A DNA stretch of 42,082 bases from a virus (IMGVR_UViG_3300017766_002156:1-42082), one strand, 5' to 3'. Positions 6,442-14,395 are shown, counted from the stretch's first letter. A program made the numbers and translations. Notes: generated by a model from the sequence alone, not told the origin.

Positions 6442-6528
6442 TGACGTTGCATGGAATCGAACCATGCTATGAGGGGCGTGTCTACCCGTTTCCCTCCCTC
6501 GGAGCCTGTAGACAGACTCCGCAACGCC
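6442..6528 (-). ncRNA. Anticodon-less tRNA-like RNA with predicted pseudoknot
   Basis: GGCGTTG/CAACGTC acceptor, canonical T arm; loop TGTCTAC complementary to GTAGACA in the next arm. Confidence 0.7.
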
Positions 6529-6529
6529 C

Positions 6530-6604
6530 TGGTGGACCTTCGGGGAATCGAACCCCGCCCTCCTCGGTGCAAGCGAGGTGTGCTACCACTAGCACCAAAA
6601 GCCC
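6530..6604 (-). tRNA. tRNA-Ala(UGC)
   Basis: G3:U70; loop CTTGCAC; CCA encoded. Confidence 0.93.
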
Positions 6605-6605
6605 G

Positions 6606-6677
6606 TAACCCCTGTCAGTGCTGCCCTGACCGCCTCCTGAGTGTAAAACAGGCGCTCTGCTGATGAGCTAAGGGGCT
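6606..6677 (-). tRNA. tRNA-Val(UAC), atypical T loop
   Basis: Loop TTTACAC; T loop GGCAGCA. Confidence 0.8.
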
Positions 6678-6678
6678 G

Positions 6679-6751
6679 TGGCCCAGGCAGGAGTCGAACC
6701 TGCAACCTTCTGATTCGTAGTCAGACGCTCCTCCAATCGAGCTGCTGGGTC
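6679..6751 (-). tRNA. tRNA-Arg(ACG)
   Basis: Cloverleaf; loop CTACGAA. Confidence 0.9.
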
Positions 6752-6752
6752 G

Positions 6753-6826
6753 TGGCTGCGGTGGGACTCGAACCCACAATCTGCTCCTCTTGAGGGAGTC
6801 GGCTTTACCAATTAGCCTACGCAGCT
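6753..6826 (-). tRNA. tRNA-Leu(CAA) with short variable loop
   Basis: Loop CTCAAGA; variable region only AGATT. Confidence 0.85.
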
Positions 6827-6827
6827 G

Positions 6828-6910
6828 CGGAAGATGTTGGACTCGAACCAACAGGGCTTTTACACCCGACACGCTAGCAACGTGCTCCAATACCATTCTG
6901 GCAATCTTCC
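6828..6910 (-). tRNA. tRNA-Ser(GCU)
   Basis: Loop TTGCTAG, long variable arm, G73. Confidence 0.9.
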
Positions 6911-6919
6911 ATCGCACGG

Positions 6920-6997
6920 TGCGCCTGGGTGGAATCGAACCACCGTTGCCGAAGCGAGTGATTTACAGTCACCCTGTACTCCATGTACCTCAAACGC
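6920..6997 (-). tRNA. tRNA-Tyr(GUA)
   Basis: Loop CTGTAAA; variable arm GC-TTCG-GC. Confidence 0.88.
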
Positions 6998-7001
6998 CTT
7001 G

Positions 7002-7354
7002 TGGACCTGGGGGCATCGAAGCCCCGTCCGAACATCATTCACATCACGAGTCTACATAGCATAGGCATTTTTATAGTGAGCCATCACCTATTCCAGACAA
7101 GGAATTACGCAGCCCGTTGTTTGATACTCGTGGTATCAGGGCTAGGACCTCCACCAGTTTGTAGTGATGATGCCATTCGCGTTACCACAAACATCTCACG
7201 CGATGACACCTACGTTAGGCGAAGGCGAGAACGCCGAGTTCGCGTGCGTAGGGGGATGGAATGGCCTTTGCAGGTATCCTTTTGCGACCATCTATATGTC
7301 GCCTCAGTAGCTATGCACGTTCAATGTCCGATGCCGTCAAAACCTTGCAGGCCC
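7002..7354 (-). ncRNA. ssrA: tmRNA, predicted tag (A)AKAIPSPYARELGVLAFA*
   Basis: 5' GGGCCTGCAAGGTTTTGAC, 3' GACGGGGCTTCGATGCCCCCAGGTCCA with G3:U70; tag ORF 7271->7215. Confidence 0.92.
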
Positions 7355-7355
7355 G

Positions 7356-7426
7356 TAGGGATAGAAAGAATCGAACTTTCGTTCTTCGCGTATCAGGCGA
7401 GTCTTCTACCATTGAAGTATATCCCT
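7356..7426 (-). tRNA. tRNA-Ile(GAU)
   Basis: Cloverleaf; loop CTGATAC. Confidence 0.88.
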
Positions 7427-7427
7427 G

Positions 7428-7498
7428 TGACCCTAGAGAGAATCGAACTCTCGTTGTATGGCTGAGAACCATGCGTCCTTCCACTAGACGATAGGGCC
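7428..7498 (-). tRNA. tRNA-Glu(CUC)
   Basis: Cloverleaf; loop TTCTCAG. Confidence 0.88.
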
Positions 7499-7499
7499 G

Positions 7500-7571
7500 T
7501 GACCTCACGGAGACTCGAACTCCGTACTCCACCTTGAAAGGGTAGCGACTTAACCCATTGTCGATGAGGCC
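7500..7571 (-). tRNA. tRNA-Glu(UUC)
   Basis: Cloverleaf; loop CTTTCAA. Confidence 0.9.
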
Positions 7572-7609
7572 ATTGAAGGTTCCACGCTCAGGCCGTTACC
7601 TACAACCGC

Positions 7610-7683
7610 TGGTGCGAACATTGGGAATCGAACCCAACTTTCTTGCTTGGCAAGCAAGCGTACTGCCAATGTACGATGCTCGC
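7610..7683 (-). tRNA. tRNA-Gly(GCC)
   Basis: Cloverleaf; loop TTGCCAA; A73-CCA. Confidence 0.92.
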
Positions 7684-7684
7684 G

Positions 7685-7756
7685 TAGCGGGCTAGGGAAT
7701 CGGACCCTACCTTGATGGTTATGAGCCATCCGTGCACACCAGTACACTAGCCCGCT
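7685..7756 (-). tRNA. tRNA-Met(CAU); initiator or elongator unresolved
   Basis: Loop CTCATAA; AGCGGGC acceptor; only two of the three initiator G-C pairs. Confidence 0.85.
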
Positions 7757-7774
7757 TGGGGTATGTTACCCCAC

Positions 7775-8446
7775 TTACTTCGTGTTTTCGAGGTCCTGCT
7801 GGTCCTCCTTGGAGAAGAACGACTGAGTGTTCAAGCTAGCGCTCGCTGCGTACATCGTGGTGTTCGTTGCCATCTTGCTGAATGTGCCACGAGTACCGAT
7901 GTCGCTTGAGTTGTAGTTCGACACGTTCTGCGCCGAGAGACCGAACTGCTGAGCAACTGCGTATGAGTCCTGGTTCGCACCGAGGAACACGAACGTCCAG
8001 TTACCCTTCTTTTCGAGGCGTGCCATAGCCTCCTTGAGGTCCTTGTCGGTGAACTCCTTCGATGAGTTCTCCTGACCATCTGTCATGATGACGCACAGAA
8101 CCTTCTGACCCGTCTTCAGAGACTTCTCTGTCTCTTTGATGGTCTGCACCGCTGCGTCATAGAGAGCGGTTCCTCCACCAGGGCGGTAGTTCGTGGAGCT
8201 GAGTTCAGGTACATCCTTGATTTCCTCGTTCGCGTATACCTTCTCAACCGTCGTATCGAACAGAGTGAGAGACATCGCGTACTTGGACTTCTTATCTCCC
8301 CGTAGGGTATCGACGTACTCGTTGAACCCGCTGATTGTTGCTTGTGCAACCGAACTCATGCTCCCCGACTTATCGAGGATGAAGGTGACCAGGGTCTCCT
8401 TACTTGCCTTGCTTGGTGACTTTGGATTCGGGATGGTCTTTTTCAT
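7775..8446 (-). CDS. vWA-domain protein
   Basis: FILDKSGSM, GGTALYDA and IMTDGQEN MIDAS motifs. Confidence 0.92.
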   Translation of the reverse strand: MKKTIPNPKSPSKASKETLVTFILDKSGSMSSVAQATISGFNEYVDTLRGDKKSKYAMSLTLFDTTVEKVYANEEIKDVPELSSTNYRPGGGTALYDAAVQTIKETEKSLKTGQKVLCVIMTDGQENSSKEFTDKDLKEAMARLEKKGNWTFVFLGANQDSYAVAQQFGLSAQNVSNYNSSDIGTRGTFSKMATNTTMYAASASLNTQSFFSKEDQQDLENTK

Positions 8447-8582
8447 ACAGTTCGGCCTTACGAACTACATCAGCTAGAACATCAGCGATGTTGTTACCTC
8501 CAATACGCTTTGCCTTGCGGATTGCCAGCTTCTCAGCCGTAGTGGGGTGTACCCGCGCTCGCTTGTTAGTTTCTTTGCTCAT
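8400..8582 (-). CDS. Small basic hypothetical protein
   Basis: 60-aa ORF downstream of a promoter; overlaps the vWA gene start. Confidence 0.55.
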   Translation of the reverse strand: MSKETNKRARVHPTTAEKLAIRKAKRIGGNNIADVLADVVRKAELYEKDHPESKVTKQGK

Positions 8583-8598
8583 GTGCCTATAATTTTCA

Positions 8599-8640
8599 AC
8601 TATAACACGTCCCTACTATCCCTTGGTGGCGTTATCCCCA
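8599..8640 (-). promoter_or_regulatory. Putative promoter for the vWA-tRNA-tmRNA operon
   Basis: Extended -10 TGTTATAGT (8599-8607); TTATCCCCA on the + strand at 8632-8640. Confidence 0.65.
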
Positions 8641-8641
8641 G

Positions 8642-8791
8642 CTACTGCACGTTCTTCTCGGTGCAGATGCACGGCGACCAGTAGTAGCTCGGTTCGCCAT
8701 CTCCCCCCAGTGTCATCTCCTCGTGACGGCCTTCGCCTTCACACTCTTCGCAGTCGGGGTCAGCGAATTGCTTATAGCGGTTGATGTCCAT
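8642..8791 (-). CDS. 49-aa Cys-rich protein (CxxCxGxG..CxC)
   Basis: Manual ORF MDINRYKQFADPDCEECEGEG..PCICTEKNVQ. Confidence 0.75.
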   Translation of the reverse strand: MDINRYKQFADPDCEECEGEGRHEEMTLGGDGEPSYYWSPCICTEKNVQ

Positions 8792-8792
8792 G

Positions 8793-9080
8793 TTAGAAGC
8801 GGTCTACCTTGCGTTCACCGTACCCTAGAGCAGCACGCCATTCGTCAACGTTCATCTTGCGTTTGATGGCCACCTCTTCATCCGTGGGGAGGAAGTAACC
8901 CGCCTGATTGAACGAGCGACGGCAGCGCTCTATGGCCGATGCGTTACGAACAGGGTCCTTGCCTGGGAACAGCTCACACACCTTGTGAATTAGCTGCTCA
9001 TCGCTATTGCGGGTGGCAGGGAAGTTCTCAAGGACGTGTTGCACCTGGTCTTTCAGCTTGAGGATGTGTTCGTACTTCAT
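8793..9080 (-). CDS. Hypothetical protein (95 aa, MKYEHILK..)
   Basis: Start moved to the ATGA overlap with the upstream gene. Confidence 0.75.
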   Translation of the reverse strand: MKYEHILKLKDQVQHVLENFPATRNSDEQLIHKVCELFPGKDPVRNASAIERCRRSFNQAGYFLPTDEEVAIKRKMNVDEWRAALGYGERKVDRF

Positions 9081-9376
9081 GGCTTCTTGATACGGCTTAG
9101 GACGCACGCTGGTACTTTGCACTCTTCTTCCAGCTTCGATACGTTCACGCGCTTTGCACGTCGGTGGAAGTCTACGATGCCTGACTGATACCCCTTCAAG
9201 TCTTCGACCTGTTTCACCGAGCACGTGTGCTTCGGAGTAGGTGATACCTGGGGAGCCGTGGCTTGCTGTGCGTACATCATCTCACGGTACAGCCTCGCTG
9301 AACTCTTCCCGTAACGTCCGTAAACGTCCCATGGATTCATTAGCGTGTTGTAGTCGTATCCTGAGTACATAGCCAT
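9077..9376 (-). CDS. Hypothetical protein
   Basis: 99-aa ORF in a tightly packed operon. Confidence 0.7.
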   Translation of the reverse strand: MAMYSGYDYNTLMNPWDVYGRYGKSSARLYREMMYAQQATAPQVSPTPKHTCSVKQVEDLKGYQSGIVDFHRRAKRVNVSKLEEECKVPACVLSRIKKP

Positions 9377-9377
9377 A

Positions 9378-9659
9378 TTAGGTCTTCGCTTCTTCCACTG
9401 CCTTCGTGAAGGAACGTACTCCTGCGTAGAACGGCTTCATACGCTTCGGCGTTCCTTCAAGAGGGTCTGGTGGCGCTGGTGGCTGCACGAGCTGGATTTC
9501 CCACTCATCGTGATTACTGCGACTCCCCTGGTCCCAAGAGACCGTGTAGGGCGCACAGTCACACTGCACCGTTCCAGTCCACTGACGATAGCTTTCCCCC
9601 CAGCGCTGCTTTACGCCTGCTTCTGACAGTTGTACGCGCTGACCTGGGTAGAAGGCCAT
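9378..9659 (-). CDS. Hypothetical protein, possible SH3/KOW-like fold
   Basis: FYPGQRVQL..GTV..YTVSWD pattern. Confidence 0.65.
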   Translation of the reverse strand: MAFYPGQRVQLSEAGVKQRWGESYRQWTGTVQCDCAPYTVSWDQGSRSNHDEWEIQLVQPPAPPDPLEGTPKRMKPFYAGVRSFTKAVEEAKT

Positions 9660-9660
9660 A

Positions 9661-10224
9661 TTACTGAGGCTTCTTCTCTTCCTTCTTCTGCTCGCCTCCC
9701 TTAGCCTGGTTGACGGTTACGTCGGCGTTGAAGCTGAAGTTGAGCTTGTCGAGTTCCACCTTAGGAATGAGACCAGCGATGAACTTCACGAACTCATCGA
9801 GGCGAGTGATGTCTGCCTTGAGGTGGTCGATAGCTATATCCTTGCCCGCTGAATCCGCTTCTGCGATTGCAGTGCGCTTCTCAAGCTCAGGGATGCTGTC
9901 GAGCTTCTTCACGAGGTCCTTCTTGGACTCAATCTCAGCATCGAGCTTTGCAAGCTCTACATCCTTCTCGGACTTCGAGGTGAGGAAAGTGGTCTCAAGC
10001 TCTGCGGTCTTCTTGAGGGCTGCACGCTCTCCATCGAGACCCTTCTCACGAGCAGATAGCTTCGCGTCGCGTGCTTCTGCTTCGGCGTTCTGGCGCTCGT
10101 AGCGAACCTCGCTCTGAACCTCCTGCTGCTTCTCACGGCGGTAGAGTTCTACCTCGCGGTCAATAATCTTCTTCTCGCGCTCAAGGTCCTTGACCTCTTC
10201 ATCTGACACGAAGAACTTTCCCAT
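9661..10224 (-). CDS. Coiled-coil protein
   Basis: 187 aa, E/K/A-rich; downstream of the SPFH gene. Confidence 0.8.
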   Translation of the reverse strand: MGKFFVSDEEVKDLEREKKIIDREVELYRREKQQEVQSEVRYERQNAEAEARDAKLSAREKGLDGERAALKKTAELETTFLTSKSEKDVELAKLDAEIESKKDLVKKLDSIPELEKRTAIAEADSAGKDIAIDHLKADITRLDEFVKFIAGLIPKVELDKLNFSFNADVTVNQAKGGEQKKEEKKPQ

Positions 10225-10257
10225 AGTAGTGATTGGTGATTAAAGAACGATTGGTAA

Positions 10258-11058
10258 CTACTTAACGTTGATGAACGGCACTGCGGAGCCTGGAACCATC
10301 GTCGTTGGAAGATGGCCGTCCCACTTCTCTGCAAGCGTGAGACGAACAAGTGCTTCACCGCCCTGTGACTGAAGAGCCTGCGCCTTGATGCGCTGTGCTT
10401 CTGCGACACCCTGAGCTGCCACGATGGTCTGCTCGGATTCGTACTTCACCTGCTCCAGCTTGTTCTTCGCTGCGAGCGCCTCCTGTTCTGCGGTCACCTT
10501 GCGCTCGATGGCAGCGTTGAAGGACTCAGAGAAGTCGAACTGCGTAACGGAAACGTTCTGCACGATGAGGTTGTACGGGCGTAGGCGCTCTGCGAGGGCC
10601 GTCTGAATTGCGTCGGTAACCTCTGCACGCTTGGTGATGAGTTCATCAGCCTTGTAGCGAGCCGTAGCTGCCTTCACGATTTCCTGTACCGCTGGGTCGA
10701 TTACCTTCGACTTGATGACATCTGAGTTACCGATGCGTGCATAGGTATCAGCAAGGGTCGCTGGGTCGAGCTGATAGTTGACTGCGATGACTGCGTTCAC
10801 GGTCTGAAGGTCAGCCGATGCTGCTGCTGCCGTAGTCTCGTCCTTCTGAACCTGGAGGTCGTACTTGATGACATCCTCGAAGAACGGCTGCTTCATGTGT
10901 GTGCCCTGGCCGAGTGTGCGACTGATGCCGTTGAGACCGACAACCACTGCTCCCTCGCCTGGCTTCACCGTGGTGAAAGGGTTGAGAGTGAAGATGGCTG
11001 CGATGACAACCAGCAATCCGACGATACCGCCGATAACCTTAGCTTCCGTTGGAATCAT
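10258..11058 (-). CDS. SPFH/prohibitin (band 7) family membrane protein
   Basis: N-terminal TM; SADLQTV, FDFSESFNAAIERKVTAEQ, KWDGHLP motifs. Confidence 0.93.
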   Translation of the reverse strand: MIPTEAKVIGGIVGLLVVIAAIFTLNPFTTVKPGEGAVVVGLNGISRTLGQGTHMKQPFFEDVIKYDLQVQKDETTAAAASADLQTVNAVIAVNYQLDPATLADTYARIGNSDVIKSKVIDPAVQEIVKAATARYKADELITKRAEVTDAIQTALAERLRPYNLIVQNVSVTQFDFSESFNAAIERKVTAEQEALAAKNKLEQVKYESEQTIVAAQGVAEAQRIKAQALQSQGGEALVRLTLAEKWDGHLPTTMVPGSAVPFINVK

Positions 11059-11167
11059 TTTTCTTTTTCTTAGACTTCTTGCTGGTAAGGAGCTTGATGT
11101 ACACGGCTGCTGCGACCCCGATGAGGATGAGGATAATCAGCAGCTCGATGAGGCGCAGTGCTGCCAT
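11039..11167 (-). CDS. 42-aa membrane peptide with pilin-like hydrophobic helix
   Basis: Manual ORF MAALRLIELLIILILIGVAAAVYIKLLTSKKSKKKKNDSNGS. Confidence 0.75.
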   Translation of the reverse strand: MAALRLIELLIILILIGVAAAVYIKLLTSKKSKKKKNDSNGS

Positions 11168-11170
11168 ACA

Positions 11171-11455
11171 CTAGCCTTCCTGGACTGGTAGTGGACGTAG
11201 GTCCGTGGGCGCGAGCGGGTGCATCTTGGAGCGGTGGATACCGATACCAATGAGACCCTTGAACTCCTTCCCACACACCTCGCATGACTTCTTGAAGGCA
11301 TGCTTCTTGCGCTTCTTCTCTGCAACCACAGTGGGCTGCACAGTAGGGCGTTCGGTGACGAAGAAGTCAGAGAGGAAGAGTTCAACGAACTTCTTCTGCT
11401 CCTTCTCTCCTTCGGCTACGAGGTGAAGTTCACCTCCTTGATGAATCATTTTCAT
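11171..11455 (-). CDS. C2H2 zinc-finger protein
   Basis: CEVCGKEFKGLIGIGIHRSKMH; TAGCAACAC leader motif. Confidence 0.8.
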   Translation of the reverse strand: MKMIHQGGELHLVAEGEKEQKKFVELFLSDFFVTERPTVQPTVVAEKKRKKHAFKKSCEVCGKEFKGLIGIGIHRSKMHPLAPTDLRPLPVQEG

Positions 11456-11531
11456 CTTAGTGTTGCTAGCTGTTAATAATGCAGCGAAAGATTCAGGGTG
11501 AACCAGTCGCTATGCGTGGGGTAGTCATAGG

Positions 11532-12134
11532 CTAGAAGGAAAGTTCTGTTACAACTTCACGAACACGGGCGAGCACGTCACGTTCCATCTCAAGGAACTC
11601 ATCAACCTTCTCCTGGTCGCGCTCAATCTCGATGACGAAGTAGTCCTTCACAGTGAGGTTCGGGTCGTAGAAAATCATCGACACCTTCTGGAGGTCATCG
11701 TTCACCACGAAATACTGGTTCACCTGGTCGCAGTATTCGTCGGGAATCTTCTGGGTGAGGAACGTTTCGATGTGCGTCTCGTCAGCGAGGCACTTCACCT
11801 CCACGGCATGCTCACGGTCAATCACGCCATCGGGTGACACGGCGATGCTGTCGTCTTCGTCGCGGGACCAGATGTAGAGACCCTGGTCGACCTCCTGACC
11901 CGTCTCGGTCATGAATCGCTGGATAGCCTCAACCTCAAGGCGCTGACCACGGTCCATCGGCTTCTCGCCTTCCTCACGAGGCTTGGCTAGGCGCTCAGCG
12001 ATAAGGGTGTAGAAGCCCTTCTTGAGACCTGTGCCACGGAGCTTCGGCTTGATGTCGGTGACCTTGGAGCCAGTAATCTTCCCGCGTCGGGCAGCAAGCC
12101 ACTCCTCGCGGTCCTCGTACTTACTTACCTTCAT
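11532..12134 (-). CDS. YqaJ/lambda-exonuclease family protein
   Basis: EWLAARRGKITGS, RGQRLE, SPDG, VEVKC, QVNQY motifs. Confidence 0.93.
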   Translation of the reverse strand: MKVSKYEDREEWLAARRGKITGSKVTDIKPKLRGTGLKKGFYTLIAERLAKPREEGEKPMDRGQRLEVEAIQRFMTETGQEVDQGLYIWSRDEDDSIAVSPDGVIDREHAVEVKCLADETHIETFLTQKIPDEYCDQVNQYFVVNDDLQKVSMIFYDPNLTVKDYFVIEIERDQEKVDEFLEMERDVLARVREVVTELSF

Positions 12135-12804
12135 ATTCTTTTGCTACGGCTTCTACGGGGTCCTCACCCTTCATCACGGCGACGCGACGAATCTCAGACT
12201 TCGACTTCGTGGGCGGTGTGGTTGCAGGTGGCTCTTCCTTCTTCTCTTCAACAGGAGGTGTGAGCTTCACCTTCTGAGCGTTCTTGAACTCAAGCACGTC
12301 AGGCTTCACCTCAGCAGGAATCTCGGTCCACACAGCTGCGAGTTCCTTGAGGTCTTTCGCATCACCGAGACGCTCGGTCCAGGCGAGGATGGATGCCTCC
12401 TTCTGTTCCTGCTTGTACTCCTCGAACTCTTCCATCTCTTCGCTCGATGCAATCTCACCTGAAGCGAGGTAGCCGACGTTGGCGAGTGCGCGTCCAAGTG
12501 CGATGGTCTCCAACTTCTCGAAGTCCTTCACCTTCTTTCCTGCTTCACCCTTCGCGTTTCCGTTTCCATCGGCGCTGGCACGTAGCGCAGCTTTGTCGAT
12601 GATGCCTGACTTGATGAGTTCGAGCAGGTCGCTCTTGTCCTTCCAGAGCCACACCGTGAACACGACACTTCCATCTGCGTGAGTATCGTATGCTGACTCG
12701 TGCTTACCTTTTGGGTTCGCTTCGAGGAACTCCTTGAGACGGTCCTTCACTTGCGCGTACTGCTTGCCAGAGAGGTCCATCGTCTTTGCAAACTTTTGAG
12801 TCAT
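12121..12804 (-). CDS. Probable single-strand annealing protein (Rad52/Sak-like)
   Basis: YAQVKDRL..EKLETIALGRALANVG; coupled to the exonuclease gene. Confidence 0.7.
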   Translation of the reverse strand: MTQKFAKTMDLSGKQYAQVKDRLKEFLEANPKGKHESAYDTHADGSVVFTVWLWKDKSDLLELIKSGIIDKAALRASADGNGNAKGEAGKKVKDFEKLETIALGRALANVGYLASGEIASSEEMEEFEEYKQEQKEASILAWTERLGDAKDLKELAAVWTEIPAEVKPDVLEFKNAQKVKLTPPVEEKKEEPPATTPPTKSKSEIRRVAVMKGEDPVEAVAKEYEGK

Positions 12805-12833
12805 GGTTGTGTTGCTAGTTTTTAATACAGGAA

Positions 12834-13059
12834 CCTATGTGCTGAGCACGAGACCGAAAGGTTAGTGTGCATCCGTAGATGACTGACCACGATTGCTTCC
12901 ATTTTCGCGCCCAACACACAGGTGGGGAATATAGCTGGCGGGCATCTCAGTTTTCATGTAGCTCTCGAAGACCTGTAACCAGTCGTCTTCGACAACTCAT
13001 GAACCCAAGGTGTCGCTGCCTATTCCGTGAGAGAGAGTGTTTCATCGCTCTTCACCTGT
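12834..13059 (-). ncRNA. Highly structured 5' leader or ncRNA with two long stem domains
   Basis: Long irregular hairpin 12918-13059 and a G:U-rich stem 12834-12922 holding a C-UACG-G tetraloop. Confidence 0.65.
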
Positions 13060-13065
13060 ACAGGT

Positions 13066-13145
13066 ACTATAGGGACAAGTGGGACGTTTTGCAATCGGCA
13101 AGGTGGGGATAACCTTCGGGACTATCGGGACGTGCGTGCTATATT
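13066..13145. promoter_or_regulatory. Divergent promoters around a TTATCCCCA box
   Basis: Leftward TTGCAA-17 nt-TATAGT (13094->13066); box 13104-13112; rightward TGCTATATT 13137-13145. Confidence 0.7.
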
Positions 13146-13153
13146 CATTCTCA

Positions 13154-13861
13154 ATGGCCAACCGACGTATGTTCAGTCTCCATATCGTAGATACCGACGC
13201 ATTTCTGGACATGCCTCAAAGCTCCCAGCTGCTGTACTTCCACCTATCCATGCGTGCGGATGACGATGGTTTCGTGGCTAACCCGAAGAAGGTGATGCGT
13301 ATGGCGGGTGTGAACGACGACGACATGAAGGTGCTCGTAGCGAAGCGGTTCATCCTCATCTTCGACTCAGGTGTGGTCGTCATCAAGCACTGGAAGATTC
13401 ACAACTACATCCAGAATGACCGCTACCGTGAGACCAAATACCTTGAGGAGAAGAGTTCAATCGTGGTCAAGGAGAATGGTTCGTATACAGAGCGGATACA
13501 TTCTGTATCCAAACTGGAGCCACAAGTTAAGATAAGTAAGGTTAAGATAAGTAAAGATAAGAATACATCGTCTATCGACGATGACGGGTTCGACTCATTC
13601 TGGAAGGCATATCCTCTGAAGAAGGGTAAGCAGGCAGCAGTGAAGGCATGGAAGAAGCTGAACCCCGACCCAGCGTTCGCTCAGAAAATCATCGACGCAG
13701 TGCTTTTGCACGCACGTGACGATGAGCAGTGGACAAAGGATGATGGGCGCTTCATTCCCCACGCCTCGACGTTCCTGAACGGACAGCGTTGGGAAGATGA
13801 AATCAAGCCCCGCGCTACTGCACGCATTGACCGCTTTACCAAGGAAGATAAACCATTCTAG
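13154..13861 (+). CDS. Replication initiator / replisome organizer
   Basis: MANRRMFS..LYFHLSMRADDDGFV N-terminus; FDSFWKAYP..KQAA..IPHASTFLNGQRWEDE C-terminus. Confidence 0.9.
   Translation: MANRRMFSLHIVDTDAFLDMPQSSQLLYFHLSMRADDDGFVANPKKVMRMAGVNDDDMKVLVAKRFILIFDSGVVVIKHWKIHNYIQNDRYRETKYLEEKSSIVVKENGSYTERIHSVSKLEPQVKISKVKISKDKNTSSIDDDGFDSFWKAYPLKKGKQAAVKAWKKLNPDPAFAQKIIDAVLLHARDDEQWTKDDGRFIPHASTFLNGQRWEDEIKPRATARIDRFTKEDKPF
13526..13563 (+). repeat. AT-rich direct repeats in the initiator gene, candidate origin iterons
   Basis: GTTAAGATAAGTAA twice plus partial AGATAAGAA, in the linker-coding region. Confidence 0.5.
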
Positions 13862-13863
13862 CT

Positions 13864-14394
13864 ATGGCAACTATCAAAATCCGTGGGCGCTTAGAACCAA
13901 TCATCGTTGATGACGCAATCGCCAAGAAGGTGAAGGCACGTAAGTTCGGTGATGGCGTTGCACAGGCGCAACCGAACGAGCTGGTTGACCTTGGTGAGTG
14001 GTCAGGCGAGTACGGGCGCATCGTTGAGATTGAGTTCCAGCGCAAGGAGAATGACGAAGCGCGTCGTGCTGAGGCACAGCGCAAACTCGAAGAAGAGAAG
14101 CGCAAGGAAGAAGAGTGGCTCAAGAAGCCCGCAGAGGAAAAGGCGAAGAGCGAGACCATGTTCGAGACCGCCTACGCGATGCGTATGTTCGGCAAGTTCC
14201 GCTGCGAGTTGCCTCCTGATGTATCGAAGCGTGCATACGAAGTACGTTTGCAGTGGTTCAAGGACCATCCTGCTGATTGGTCTGTTCCATCATCAGCCTA
14301 CCCAGAAGACCTGCTGCCCCCGAAGGGTAAGTCAGGCCGTGCAATCCTCGCTGACAAGATGCGCGTAAAACCTGAGGACCCCCTCGCTTTCTGA
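13864..14394 (+). CDS. Hypothetical protein
   Basis: 176-aa ORF coupled to the initiator. Confidence 0.8.
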   Translation: MATIKIRGRLEPIIVDDAIAKKVKARKFGDGVAQAQPNELVDLGEWSGEYGRIVEIEFQRKENDEARRAEAQRKLEEEKRKEEEWLKKPAEEKAKSETMFETAYAMRMFGKFRCELPPDVSKRAYEVRLQWFKDHPADWSVPSSAYPEDLLPPKGKSGRAILADKMRVKPEDPLAF

Positions 14395-14395
14395 T

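Noticed and set aside
4439-7747. Six-frame ORFs across the RNA region
   Set aside because: They overlap Y RNA, tRNA and tmRNA genes and show no protein-like features.
13079-13153. N-terminal extension of the replication initiator shown in the ORF track
   Set aside because: It overlaps the divergent promoters; the family-typical start is MANRRMF at 13154.
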